Shown here piece after piece: positions 29,777 through 39,351 of a DNA stretch of 64,000 nucleotides (position 1 is its first letter; each line of letters starts with the position of its first letter). Location of the stretch: positions 215,663 to 279,662 of the forward strand of contig JBPOGF010000002.1 of NCBI GenBank assembly GCA_051251915.1, written 5' to 3'. The notes beneath the pieces were generated by a model. That model did not search any database. It was not told the DNA's origin and saw only the letters and a program-made list of their open reading frames with translations. A program made the position numbers and the translations under genes. This DNA is from Akkermansiaceae bacterium (GTDB taxonomy: Bacteria > Verrucomicrobiota > Verrucomicrobiia > Verrucomicrobiales > Akkermansiaceae).

Positions 29777-31423
29777 CTAGTTTTTCAGTAATGATTTAGC
29801 CATGGCGACGGCTTGTTTGCCGTCTCCGCCGCCGAGCATTCTGACGAGTTCATCGATGCGTTTGGTGCCGGTGACTTCTCGGAGGTTGGATGTGGTTCTG
29901 CCGGCGTCGACTTGTTTTTCGACGACGAAGTGTTGGCCAGCTACTGCTGCGACTTGCGGGAAGTGGGTGATGGAGATGACTTGGTGTTGCTGGCCGAGGA
30001 CGGCCATTTTGTCACCTACGGCTCTGGCTATTTCTCCGCCGACGTTGGCGTCGATTTCATCGAACACCATGAGTGGGGTGGCGTCTTGGTCTGCTAGTGA
30101 GCTTTTGACTGCGAGCATGACGCGGGAGATTTCACCGCTGGAGGCGATTTGGCGGAGGGGTTTGAGTGGTTCGCCGGGGTTGGGGCCGAATTGGAAGTCT
30201 ACGGTTTCAAGGCCGTTTGTGGTAGGTTTTGTGGTGGGGATGAGGCTGAGGTCAAAGGCGGCTTGTTTGAAGCCTAGTTCTTTGAGGTGTGTGGCGATGA
30301 GTTTGGCGAGTTTTGGTGCGCTTTTCTGACGGGTGGAGGTAAGTTTTTCTCCTGCGGTGAGGACTTTTCCGTGGAGGTTATCGATTTCTAGTTGGAGGTC
30401 ATCGAGGACGCCGTCGCGGTTTTCGATTTCTTCTAGTCGCTGTTTGGCATCATTTCCGTGGATGATGACGGCTTCTAGTGTGGAGCCGTATTTGCGTTTG
30501 AGGGTCTCGAAGGTGTTGATGCGTTCTGAGAGTTTGTGTTCTTCTTCTGGGTCTGTGTCTAGGTCATCTGTGTAGCTGGTCATTTCTCGCTCTAGGTCTT
30601 GGAGTTCTAGTGCAGCTTGCTCTAGGCCGCTGAGTCTGTCTGCTACGGTTGGGTCTAGTTTTTGTAGTTCTTGGGCGGCGCGTAGTGCTTCTGTGAGGGC
30701 GTCATTGACGGTGTGTTCTAGGGTGCCGGCGATTTTTGAGGAGAGTTCGATGAGGCGGGCGCTGTTGGTGGCGCGTTGGAACTGGAGTTCGATGTCTTCT
30801 TCTTCATCTGGCTTGAGGTCGGCGCTGTCAATTTCTTCGACTTGGAATTTGAGGATGTCTAGTTCTTGTTCGGTGGCTCGCTCTGAGTTTCTGAGGTCTT
30901 CTAGGCGCATGGATTTCTCATGCCATTCGCTGTAGAGCTGTGCGTATGTGCTTAGTGCTTTTTCGCTATTGGCGTAGGCGTCTAGCATACTGAGCTGGCG
31001 GTCTGTGGAGAGTAGGGACTGGTGGTCGTGTGGGCCGTGGAGGTCGACTATTTCTGTGCCTAGTTTTTTGAGGACGGCTAGTGTGGCGGGGCTGTTGTTG
31101 ACGAATTGCTTGGTGCTGGACTGGCCGATGACGCGTTTGATGATGAGTTGATCATCCTCGCATATGTCTAGGCCGGAGTCTTCTAGGATGTCGTTGACGA
31201 TGGAGTCATTGGTGAGTGTGAAGACGGCTTCGATGGTGCAGGTGGACTCTCCGGTGCGGATGAGTCCTTTGTCTGCGCGCTCACCTAGGATGAGCTTGAG
31301 GGCGCCGACGATGACGCTTTTTCCTGCGCCAGTTTCACCAGTGACTCCTATGAGTCCAGAGCCGAGTTGCCATGTGAGTTGGTCAACGAGGGCTAAATTT
31401 TTGATTTTCAGTAGACTAAGCAT
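29777..31423 (-). CDS. recN: DNA repair protein RecN
   Basis: TGETGAGKS, coiled coil, ASSGEISRVML, FDEID and ITHFPQVA motifs. Confidence 0.97.
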   Translation of the reverse strand: MLSLLKIKNLALVDQLTWQLGSGLIGVTGETGAGKSVIVGALKLILGERADKGLIRTGESTCTIEAVFTLTNDSIVNDILEDSGLDICEDDQLIIKRVIGQSSTKQFVNNSPATLAVLKKLGTEIVDLHGPHDHQSLLSTDRQLSMLDAYANSEKALSTYAQLYSEWHEKSMRLEDLRNSERATEQELDILKFQVEEIDSADLKPDEEEDIELQFQRATNSARLIELSSKIAGTLEHTVNDALTEALRAAQELQKLDPTVADRLSGLEQAALELQDLEREMTSYTDDLDTDPEEEHKLSERINTFETLKRKYGSTLEAVIIHGNDAKQRLEEIENRDGVLDDLQLEIDNLHGKVLTAGEKLTSTRQKSAPKLAKLIATHLKELGFKQAAFDLSLIPTTKPTTNGLETVDFQFGPNPGEPLKPLRQIASSGEISRVMLAVKSSLADQDATPLMVFDEIDANVGGEIARAVGDKMAVLGQQHQVISITHFPQVAAVAGQHFVVEKQVDAGRTTSNLREVTGTKRIDELVRMLGGGDGKQAVAMAKSLLKN

Positions 31424-31436
31424 GTTCTGTAAGATG

Positions 31437-31458
31437 GTTCATTTGTGAACAAATGAAC
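31437..31458. promoter_or_regulatory. Palindromic operator candidate upstream of recN
   Basis: Perfect inverted repeat GTTCATTTGT-GA-ACAAATGAAC, 13 bp upstream of the recN start. Confidence 0.5.
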
Positions 31459-31515
31459 ACTTAGCAAAACTTAGCTTTTTTAGCAACAGAATTGGTGAGG
31501 GAGGTGTGATTATTT

Positions 31516-33798
31516 TTACTTAGCTGGCATGAGGTCGGCTTCTGTGTATGGGGCGGTGCGGTCTTTGGTAGCTTGGCGGATGGCTTTTATTTCGTTTGCG
31601 GTGATGGTTCCGCCTTTGTTGCCTTTCATGTGCTTGATGTAGACCATGAGGTCTGCGATCTGTTGGTCTGTGAGGTCTGGGCGGGCTGGCATGAACTGTC
31701 CTGTGGCGTATTTTTCTCCGTTGACGTGGATGGTGCCGGTGAGGCCTGTGAGGATGACTTTGGCCATGATTTCTTTGTCTGCGTTGACCCAGTTAGATGG
31801 TGCTAGTGGTGGGAGGAGTCCTTCTTGTCCTTGTCCTTCTAGGCCGTGGCATGCTGAGCAGGCGGCTGCTCCGAGGTAGAGTTTTTTGCCTTCTTGGTAG
31901 TTTTTGGCGAAGGCTTTAGGGACTGGTGGGGCTTTGACGATGGTGACGTGTTCGCTTTTGTCGATGGCTTCTGCGAGGAGTTTTTTGAGGCCGCTGTCTT
32001 TGGCTGCTTGGTAATCTGCTGTTTTGATAACTCCTAGTCCTAGGGCTCCTACGTAGAGTGGCTTGATTTGTGGGACTTTGTTGAATTCCTTGATGGTGTC
32101 TAAGGCTTTAATGTGGCTTTTTTCTGAGGCTATTTTAGCGAGTGCGAATAGGTGTGAGTGGACGGTTTGTTTCTTAGCACGTAGGCTGAGGACTGCTGGG
32201 GCGACTTTCTGAGGGTCTGAGAGGTGGGCTAGCTCTAGGGCTGAGTTGACTACGTCTGAGTCTGTGGAGGAGAGGCTGCTGAGGATGAGGTCTGCTGGGA
32301 TGTGGCCTGTGGCCTCGTATACCCAGAGGGTGTGGAGCTGCTGGAGGGCGTGCATGGAGTCGGTAGGGACTTTGAGCTTGGACCACTGGGTGAGCTGGGT
32401 GTCATCGCTGCTGGTGATGCGCTCTACGAGGAGGCGCTGGGCGGTGTCGCGGATGGTTCCATTTGGGTGGTTGAGGTGACTGCTGAGTTCTGCGATGGTG
32501 GATTTACTGAGCTGAGGGACGGCTTTGATTTTGTTTTTGTCGTAGCTGATGCGGTAAATTCTACCGTTGTTTTCTTCTGGTTTGTTAAGGCCTCTGCTTT
32601 CGTATTGTTTGCGGAGGTAGGTGGTCATGTAGGCTTTGTGCTGGAGTAGGCCGCATGACATGTCGATGAACCAGAGGGTGCCGTCTGGGGCTGTGTAGAT
32701 GTTTACTGGGCGGAACCATTCGTCTGTAGAGGCAAGGAATTCATTTTTGCCGTATGGGAAAGTGCCGCTTGGTTTGTTGGTTTCATCTCGGGTGACTTTG
32801 ATGGCCTTGATGAGGTTGGCGGATGGTTCTGCGATGAATGCGACGTCTTGGAATTCTGCTGGGAAGTTATCGCCTCGGTAGATGGTGAGGCCGCAGGCTG
32901 CGGTGCAGTTTTTGAGTGTGCCGTCTGGGTTGAGTGTGTCTTTGAGGTAGGCGCGGTTGACGCCTGGGTTGATACGTATGGAGTAGGTGGCGTTGCTGCC
33001 TACTTTGTGGTTGATTTTGTGTTTTGGGATGTAGTTTGGGTTTTGGCGGTAGAGGTTGGGCCGCATTTGGTCCCCGATGACGTAGTTGCTGTTGGTGTTG
33101 AAGAAGAGTCTTCCGGCGTTGTCTTGGGTGATGCCCCATTGTCCTCTGAAGGCGGTTTTTTGTTTGAGCCATTTTCCGTTTACTCGACGGTAGCGGTATT
33201 CTGATTTTGCGTTGTAATACCAGTTGTCTCTGGCGAGTAGTAGGCCGTTTGGTTTGTGCTCAGCGTTTCCGCCAGCGGCGTATTCTGCATCAATGAGTTC
33301 AGGTTCGCCGATGGGCTGGAGGCCATTTTCGCCGCCTCTTTTGATGAAGAATAGCTGGTCTTGGTGGGCGTAGAGGAGGCCGTCTGAGGTGACTGCGGCG
33401 GCTCTTGGAAGGACGAGCTTGTCTAGGAAAATGGTAGTTTTGTCTAGGACACCATCGCCGGTGGAGTCTTCTAGGATTTTGATTCTTCCTGTGGGTAAGT
33501 TTTCATCTGAGCCATGGACATCGATCATGAATTGAGTCATTTCGACGACCCATGCACGGCCATCTGCATCGAACGATAGGCATACTGGTTGGTGGACGTT
33601 TGAGTCTGCGATGTTTTTGATGGAGAAGCCGTCTGCTAGCTGGATGGTTTTGAGTGCTTGCTCAGGTGTGAGGATGGGAGCGGGTGGGATCTCGGATGCT
33701 GGGATGGGATCTACTTGTGGTTTGTTGTCCCTTTTGTCGCCTTGCTGTGCGTGGGTGGTAGAAATGCCGATGAGTGATGCTAGTAGTATGCGTTTCAT
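31516..33798 (-). CDS. PVC-type dehydrogenase-like beta-propeller protein with C-terminal cytochrome c
   Basis: Signal peptide; FDADGRAWVVEM, GRIKILED..GDG..DK and FRPVNI..APDG motifs; helical repeats; CSACH heme motif. Confidence 0.85.
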   Translation of the reverse strand: MKRILLASLIGISTTHAQQGDKRDNKPQVDPIPASEIPPAPILTPEQALKTIQLADGFSIKNIADSNVHQPVCLSFDADGRAWVVEMTQFMIDVHGSDENLPTGRIKILEDSTGDGVLDKTTIFLDKLVLPRAAAVTSDGLLYAHQDQLFFIKRGGENGLQPIGEPELIDAEYAAGGNAEHKPNGLLLARDNWYYNAKSEYRYRRVNGKWLKQKTAFRGQWGITQDNAGRLFFNTNSNYVIGDQMRPNLYRQNPNYIPKHKINHKVGSNATYSIRINPGVNRAYLKDTLNPDGTLKNCTAACGLTIYRGDNFPAEFQDVAFIAEPSANLIKAIKVTRDETNKPSGTFPYGKNEFLASTDEWFRPVNIYTAPDGTLWFIDMSCGLLQHKAYMTTYLRKQYESRGLNKPEENNGRIYRISYDKNKIKAVPQLSKSTIAELSSHLNHPNGTIRDTAQRLLVERITSSDDTQLTQWSKLKVPTDSMHALQQLHTLWVYEATGHIPADLILSSLSSTDSDVVNSALELAHLSDPQKVAPAVLSLRAKKQTVHSHLFALAKIASEKSHIKALDTIKEFNKVPQIKPLYVGALGLGVIKTADYQAAKDSGLKKLLAEAIDKSEHVTIVKAPPVPKAFAKNYQEGKKLYLGAAACSACHGLEGQGQEGLLPPLAPSNWVNADKEIMAKVILTGLTGTIHVNGEKYATGQFMPARPDLTDQQIADLMVYIKHMKGNKGGTITANEIKAIRQATKDRTAPYTEADLMPAK

Positions 33799-33975
33799 GA
33801 AAGTGTTTTTTTATTGTGGGTGAAGCGCGCGGATGTGGAACGCTTCTATTGATAGTAGTTACTACTAGCACGGGGTGACGGATATTTCACTCTAAAATAC
33901 TGATTGGAGCATTCCGAATAGTTTATTGACGCAATTTTTCACTGGATGTTCAGGGATTATGGGGCATGGTTTGTC

Positions 33976-34896
33976 ATGAAGAATTATTTAACGAAAGTAT
34001 CCCTTGCTGCGCTGGCGGTAATGTTTCCTATCAATGTTCATGCTCAGGATACCGCGGGTGTGGTGGCTGAGCTGGAGACTAAGGTGGTGGAGAATAAGGT
34101 GGCGAGGACTGATTTCATTCGGGTGGATGAAGATGAGAAAAATGTTAGGCTTCAGACATCAGTGACGCGTTATGTGAAAGAGGGGGTGAATGTGGACTTG
34201 ATAGGTGCGGTGCATGTGGCGGATGAGAAGTATTTTACGGATCTGAATACGTTGTTCACGAAGTTTGAGGTGTTGCTTTTTGAGATGGTGGGTGGGGATA
34301 AAATGGAGCGCGGTCAAAAGTTGAATGAGGCCAAGGAGAAAGATGCGCAGTTTAGTTTTTTAGGGGCGATGTATAATACGATGCAGAGTAAGTTAGATCT
34401 GGCGGGGCAGAAAGATCATGTGGATTATAGCATGGATAATTTTGTGCATGCGGATTTGTCTATGGAAGAATTTAACCGATTGCAGAAGGAGAAAAAGGAG
34501 TCACTTTTCAGTTTTGCGCTGAAGAGTGCGAAGGAAGCGAAAGAGGCTGAGAAGAAGGCAGCTAAGCCCGTGAAGCAGCCGAGTATGATGAAGATGTTCA
34601 AGGCGTTGGTGACAGGGAATGCGGATTTATTGAAGCTGAACATTGTGCATACGTTGGGGCAGGGAGATGATCAGATTGCGGCATTTGCGGGTCAGAGTGT
34701 GATCATTGGTGATAGGAATGAGAAGTGTTTGCGGGTGATGAATGATCAGATTGCGGAGGGGAAAAAGAACATTGGGGTGTTTTATGGCGCGGCACATTTT
34801 CCTGATATGGAGGATAGGATGGTAAAGATGGGTTTTGAGAAGACTGATCAGTATTGGATGACTGCTTGGGATATTGATAAGGCGAAGGCGAAGTGA
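33976..34896 (+). CDS. Secreted hypothetical protein (TraB/GumN-like C-terminus)
   Basis: Signal peptide; VDLIGAVHVAD, IGDRNE and FYGAAH motifs; start at ATG 33976. Confidence 0.75.
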   Translation: MKNYLTKVSLAALAVMFPINVHAQDTAGVVAELETKVVENKVARTDFIRVDEDEKNVRLQTSVTRYVKEGVNVDLIGAVHVADEKYFTDLNTLFTKFEVLLFEMVGGDKMERGQKLNEAKEKDAQFSFLGAMYNTMQSKLDLAGQKDHVDYSMDNFVHADLSMEEFNRLQKEKKESLFSFALKSAKEAKEAEKKAAKPVKQPSMMKMFKALVTGNADLLKLNIVHTLGQGDDQIAAFAGQSVIIGDRNEKCLRVMNDQIAEGKKNIGVFYGAAHFPDMEDRMVKMGFEKTDQYWMTAWDIDKAKAK

Positions 34897-34906
34897 TTAG
34901 GGGTAC

Positions 34907-34943
34907 AAAAAAACGGAGACTGTGATCAGGCTCCGTTTGTTTT
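34907..34943. terminator. Bidirectional terminator between convergent genes
   Basis: AAAAAAACGGAG...CTCCGTTTGTTTT. Confidence 0.75.
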
Positions 34944-34964
34944 GATAGAGGTAAGTTTTTCTGC

Positions 34965-35342
34965 TTATCTTCTGTAGGTTACGCGGAATTTAGTGCCGCT
35001 CTTGTGATGACCGTGTGAGCTGTGTCTGCTGCTAGTATGGCGTGAATAGTGTCTGTTATGGCTATTCGTGTGGTAGCTTCTGTGTGAGCTGTAGTGGCTG
35101 CTTGGGCGGTAGGCCTTTACTCTGCAGTTACAGTTAGATGGGACGCTGTAGTATCTGTAAACTGGTCTGCCGTAGCGGTCGTGATTTACGAATACTTTCT
35201 TGGTGTAGATAGGGCATCCGCATGATGAGTGTCCGCTAACGTAAGTAGTAGTTCCGTGTGAGTGTGGTCTTGCCTCTGCTGTATTTGGTGTGAATAGCAC
35301 AGCTGCTGTTAATATGCTTAGGTATGTTAATAGTTTTTTCAT
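34965..35342 (-). CDS. Small secreted His/Ser/Tyr-rich protein
   Basis: Signal peptide ending AEA; CGCP and CNC motifs; His-rich tail. Confidence 0.75.
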   Translation of the reverse strand: MKKLLTYLSILTAAVLFTPNTAEARPHSHGTTTYVSGHSSCGCPIYTKKVFVNHDRYGRPVYRYYSVPSNCNCRVKAYRPSSHYSSHRSYHTNSHNRHYSRHTSSRHSSHGHHKSGTKFRVTYRR

Positions 35343-35467
35343 AGTTAATTAGTTGTTGTGGTTCACTATGTTTGACCGTGGTGTTTGAGGATTTATTCAT
35401 GTATTCTGAAAAAAATTAACGATCTCTCTAATTGTTTGGAGTCAGTTTGTAGGCTAAGTAGGGGATT

Positions 35468-36199
35468 TTATGATTTGTTCTTGGTGGAATCTATTGTTTT
35501 AGTATGAGCTCTCTTTTTTAGTTTTTTCTCTTCTTCACGAGCTACGGTGAGGGCTGATGCTACTAGCCCTGTTGGAACGGCGACGACTCCTAGTCCTGTA
35601 ATGAGGACGAAGAAAGTGAAGATTCTACCACCGGCGGTGATAGGGTAGACGTCACCGTAGCCAACGGTGGTGAGGGTGGCTACTGCCCACCACATGCTGT
35701 CAAAGACGGAGCCAAAGTTTTCTGGTTGTTCTTGATTCTCGAAGAAGTAGATGCCTACTGAGGCTAGGTAAAGGATGATGAGTGCGGCGGCTCCAAATAC
35801 GATGAGTTCTTCACGGGCTATTGCGAATGCTCGTTGGTAGCGTTTCATGGCGGAGCTGTAGCGTACGAGCTTGAACATGCGGAATAGTCTTAAAAGGCGT
35901 AGCGCTCTGACTGTGCGGAGGTCTAGGCTGGTGGCGAGGTAGAATGGTAAGATGGATACGAGGTCTACGATGCCCATGAATGAGAAGATGTATTTTGTAG
36001 ATGGCTTGGTGATGTAAATGCGAAGTAGATATTCTATGGTGAAAACGGTGACTGTGAAGAATTCAAACCAATAGAGGTATTTGATGGTTGCGGGGCTTAG
36101 ATCTGGTGTTGTTTCTATGGCGAAGGCTATCAAGCTGAGCACGATTAACGCTTGTATGAGATATTGCCCGCGTATTAGGGTGAGCTTGTTTAGTTTCAT
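35468..36199 (-). CDS. Voltage-gated-type potassium channel (6TM ion transporter)
   Basis: S4-like RALRLLRLFRMFKL and selectivity filter TTVGYGD; start moved to ATG 36199. Confidence 0.93.
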   Translation of the reverse strand: MKLNKLTLIRGQYLIQALIVLSLIAFAIETTPDLSPATIKYLYWFEFFTVTVFTIEYLLRIYITKPSTKYIFSFMGIVDLVSILPFYLATSLDLRTVRALRLLRLFRMFKLVRYSSAMKRYQRAFAIAREELIVFGAAALIILYLASVGIYFFENQEQPENFGSVFDSMWWAVATLTTVGYGDVYPITAGGRIFTFFVLITGLGVVAVPTGLVASALTVAREEEKKLKKRAHTKTIDSTKNKS

Positions 36200-36272
36200 G
36201 ATGGCTGGTTTTATTGATTTTTTATGAGGGTGACAAGGAGGTGTTTCATTACTTGGTATTATGCGTATCACG

Positions 36273-36308
36273 AAAAACGCCTATCCTTGGTGTAGGATAG
36301 GCGTTTTT
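36273..36308 (-). terminator. Rho-independent terminator downstream of pspA
   Basis: AAAAACGCCTATCCT...AGGATAGGCGTTTTT. Confidence 0.85.
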
Positions 36309-36358
36309 AGTAAAATTTAGGATGGTTTAGGTAGTGTCAGTCAATCTTAGTCAGTGTT

Positions 36359-36390
36359 GCTTACTGGCTTACTGGCTTACTGGCTTACTG
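36359..36390. repeat. Tandem 8-mer repeat (GCTTACTG)x4
   Basis: Directly visible; overlaps the pspA stop codon. Confidence 0.95.
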
Positions 36391-37161
36391 GCTGACTCCT
36401 GGGCCCATGGAGCCAGATGATGGTGTTTCTTCTGCGGCTTCTGTTGTAGGAGTTTTTGCTGCTGGTGCTGGGTTTGCACCCTCGATAGCGATGCCTTGTT
36501 CGGCGGCGAACTCGGCGAGTGCCATGTCTTGGAGAGCTTCTTGCTCGGACTCTTTCATGTTGATTTCTGAGAGGTCCATGCTGTCTCTAGCTACGCGGCT
36601 ACGACCTGCGGCTAGGGTGCGCTCTTCTTCTACGATTTCTTCAAGTCTGTTGAGTGTGTCACCAGCTCCACCGATGGAGGTGATCATGCCGGATGCCATT
36701 TCGTTGAGTTCAGCAGCAGCTTTTTGAACTTTAGCGTCGTTTAGGCCGCGGCTGATTTCTTCGATTTTAGCGCGTGCGTCTCTGACTGAGACGTCTCTTG
36801 CTTTGATGAGTTCTTTGTATTGTGACTCTGCGCTTTCGAACTGGGTTTGGACTTCATCGTGCTCAGCATCTACTTTTTTAAGTTTGAGGGCATACTCACC
36901 AGCGAGCTGGCGGTTGCCGCTTTTGAGGTGAGCTGCTGTTTTTGCGCGAAGGTCATTTTCTTCTTTTTCTAGCTTCTTTTTGCGCGAGATGAGCTGTTCT
37001 ACGAGTCCTGCGTGTGATGCTAGGCCTTGGTTGAATTTAGAGATTTGCTTACGAAGGTTTTCTTTTTCAACTTCGAGGAGCGCTTCTGGATTGCGTTTTT
37101 CGAGACCTCCTACGAAGAGCCCGAAGAATCCTTTGATGAGATTTCCTATTCTTTTAAACAT
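36385..37161 (-). CDS. pspA: PspA/IM30 family protein
   Basis: Amphipathic N-terminal helix MFKRIGNLIKGFFG, then NPEALLE and a long coiled coil. Confidence 0.88.
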   Translation of the reverse strand: MFKRIGNLIKGFFGLFVGGLEKRNPEALLEVEKENLRKQISKFNQGLASHAGLVEQLISRKKKLEKEENDLRAKTAAHLKSGNRQLAGEYALKLKKVDAEHDEVQTQFESAESQYKELIKARDVSVRDARAKIEEISRGLNDAKVQKAAAELNEMASGMITSIGGAGDTLNRLEEIVEEERTLAAGRSRVARDSMDLSEINMKESEQEALQDMALAEFAAEQGIAIEGANPAPAAKTPTTEAAEETPSSGSMGPGVSQ

Positions 37162-37251
37162 TTGATTTAGTGTTGGTTGTATTTTTGAGTTCCGCTGATG
37201 CTTACTGATTATAGATTAATCCGCAAGTATAAGTATTGGATGATTTTAGAA

Positions 37252-38214
37252 TCACTTGGATAGGTGTTCTGCCATTTTCATAAGGGATGCGTCCATCTTG
37301 TATTGGGAGTCTGCGACTTCATGGATAGGGATGGCGCCGTAGTCTCCGTCTTTGAATACCATGATCTGGTTAGTGTGTCCTGCGGCGAGTGATTCTACGG
37401 CGGCTACTGCAAATTTGTAAGCCATGATGCGGTCACGCACTGTTGGTGATCCGCCACGCTGAACGTGACCTAGGACGGTGAGTCTGGCATCCATTCCGAG
37501 GGTGGTATTGATCCAGCGTGTGAGGTAGTCTCCCATGTTGGTGCCTTCTGCAACGATGGCGATGATGTAGTTTCTGCCGTTGGCGCAGTCTTCTTTGAGC
37601 CTTTTGCCCATGGATTCTAGATCGTATTCATTTTCTGGAGCGAGACAGATTTCAGCACCACTGGAGAGGGCGCTGGTCATGGCGAGGTAGCCACAGTGTC
37701 TGCCCATGACCTCGATGACGAAGGCGCGGCTGAATGAGGTGGCTGTGTCGCGGATGGAATCTACGGATTCACGGATGACGTTGAGAGCGGTATCGACTCC
37801 TAGGCAGTAGTCTGTGCCGGGGATGTCGTTATCGATGGTGGCTGGGATGCCTGCGAATGGGACTTTGAAGTCTGCGTAAAATTGATTGAGCGCGCTGAAT
37901 GATCCGTCACCACCGATGATGATGAGTTTGTTGATGCCGAGCCTTTGAAGGTTATCGTAGGCTGTCTTGCGGTGCTCGTATTCAAAGAAGCGTTTTGAGC
38001 GAGATGAACGGAGGACTGTGCCGCCGCGGTGGAGGATGCCTGAGACATCTTCTCTGGTGGCTTCTGAGATTTTGTTGTCGATGAGTCCGCGTAAGCCATC
38101 TCTAACGAGGTAGGGCTTGTATCCTTTTTTACGGGAAAATTCTACTGCGCATTTTACTGCGGGGTTCATTCCGGCGGCGTCTCCGCCAGATGTCATGATT
38201 GCTATGCCTTCCAT
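37252..38214 (-). CDS. pfkA: ATP-dependent 6-phosphofructokinase
   Basis: TSGGDAAGMN, IGGDGS, PATIDND, EVMGRHCG and LGHVQRGG motifs. Confidence 0.97.
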   Translation of the reverse strand: MEGIAIMTSGGDAAGMNPAVKCAVEFSRKKGYKPYLVRDGLRGLIDNKISEATREDVSGILHRGGTVLRSSRSKRFFEYEHRKTAYDNLQRLGINKLIIIGGDGSFSALNQFYADFKVPFAGIPATIDNDIPGTDYCLGVDTALNVIRESVDSIRDTATSFSRAFVIEVMGRHCGYLAMTSALSSGAEICLAPENEYDLESMGKRLKEDCANGRNYIIAIVAEGTNMGDYLTRWINTTLGMDARLTVLGHVQRGGSPTVRDRIMAYKFAVAAVESLAAGHTNQIMVFKDGDYGAIPIHEVADSQYKMDASLMKMAEHLSK

Positions 38215-38444
38215 AATTAAATCGGATTGTTAAGTTGTGAGATGTGTTGATTGGTCGGGTGACTTTTTAAGGGAACACCGGATTATTGCAAGCCTTGGGT
38301 GAAGTATATTTTGGAGGGTTTTATACGGTGTTCGGAAAAAAAATGCATTTTAGTATGCTTTTTTACTTGCAGATTTTAAAATATAATGCATTTTCCGTTT
38401 CGCCTCGCAGCACGAAAACGCGGTGAGACAATAAATCAGATAAT

Positions 38445-38520
38445 GCAAGGTTAGCTCAGTTGGTAGAGCGGTTCGTTTACACCGAATTGGTCGGGGGTTC
38501 AAGTCCCTCACCTTGTACCA
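38445..38520 (+). tRNA. tRNA-Val (anticodon TAC)
   Basis: 76-nt cloverleaf: GCAAGGT/ACCTTGT acceptor stem, GCTC/GAGC D arm, GTTCG-TTTACAC-CGAAT anticodon arm, GGTTCAAGTCC T arm, encoded CCA. Confidence 0.98.
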
Positions 38521-38542
38521 TCTGGATTATATGATTACATCG

Positions 38543-38570
38543 AGCTCAGCAATTTACGCTGAGCTTTTTT
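38543..38570 (+). terminator. Terminator of the tRNA-Val transcript
   Basis: AGCTCAGC...GCTGAGCT followed by a T-run. Confidence 0.85.
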
Positions 38571-38795
38571 GTGTCTGCTTAGTAGGAGGAAGAGAGGGTT
38601 AAGCTGTTGATAATTAACAAGAATTGAAGGGGTGATATGCTAAAGCAAAATATCAGAAGTGAAAGGAATTCGGAATAAAACAGATTCATAATGAAAACGA
38701 CTTGCTTAGGGTGGGTGAATTTACTATGAGTAACTTACTTAAAATAAAATGCCTATGAAAACGAAAGCACATCACTTTTTAACCCAATTCAGCCA

Positions 38796-38836
38796 GTTGA
38801 ATATCAGTTAGGCGTGGACTAATAAAACTGTTCGAC
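38796..38836 (+). mobile_element. Integron attI-like or core recombination sites (tentative)
   Basis: GTTGAATATCAGTTAGGC followed by GACTAAT-AAAACT-GTTCGAC, ending 5 bp before an ATG; layout resembles attI1 (CCCTAAAACAAAGTT). Confidence 0.4.
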
Positions 38837-38841
38837 TAAAA

Positions 38842-39351
38842 ATGAAAAGCCTACTCATCCCAACGATATTTCTCCTACTAATAAAACTAGGGTGTTCAGC
38901 TAATCCAATGGTTATTAAGCCACTGGTAATTAAAGCTGCATACGTAGATGTTGCCAAGAGTTCTGTCTCGCCTAAAGACAGTTTTCACCACCCTGGTAAG
39001 AAGCTAATATCACGCACCGTGCGACTGACAAATACAACCAAGAGAGACCTATACGTTCATGGATACTCATTAAAATATGTTTTTGTTGAAGTTTACACTA
39101 GAAAAAACAGTAAAGAAAAATGGGTAAGTCAAAACTTAGGCTATTCAGGAACAGGTGCTGGTGATCATAAGTTCAAAACAGGAGAGAGCTTTACTGTTAT
39201 CGTCAACCTTCCTCAAGAGTTGTCTGATCACGAATTCATGGTAGGGTTCTATGACTACTCTCCACTCAAAGGCGATGAGTTGATTGAAGTTAGATCCCCA
39301 CCTTTGAATATGCTAACAAAACCAAATAAAAACGCAGAACCCCAAAGATAG
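38842..39351 (+). CDS. Exported hypothetical protein, gene-cassette-like
   Basis: 169 aa; signal-peptide or lipobox-like LIKLGC; lacks the host G/T skew; inverse-core-like GCAGAAC at its 3' end. Confidence 0.7.
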   Translation: MKSLLIPTIFLLLIKLGCSANPMVIKPLVIKAAYVDVAKSSVSPKDSFHHPGKKLISRTVRLTNTTKRDLYVHGYSLKYVFVEVYTRKNSKEKWVSQNLGYSGTGAGDHKFKTGESFTVIVNLPQELSDHEFMVGFYDYSPLKGDELIEVRSPPLNMLTKPNKNAEPQR

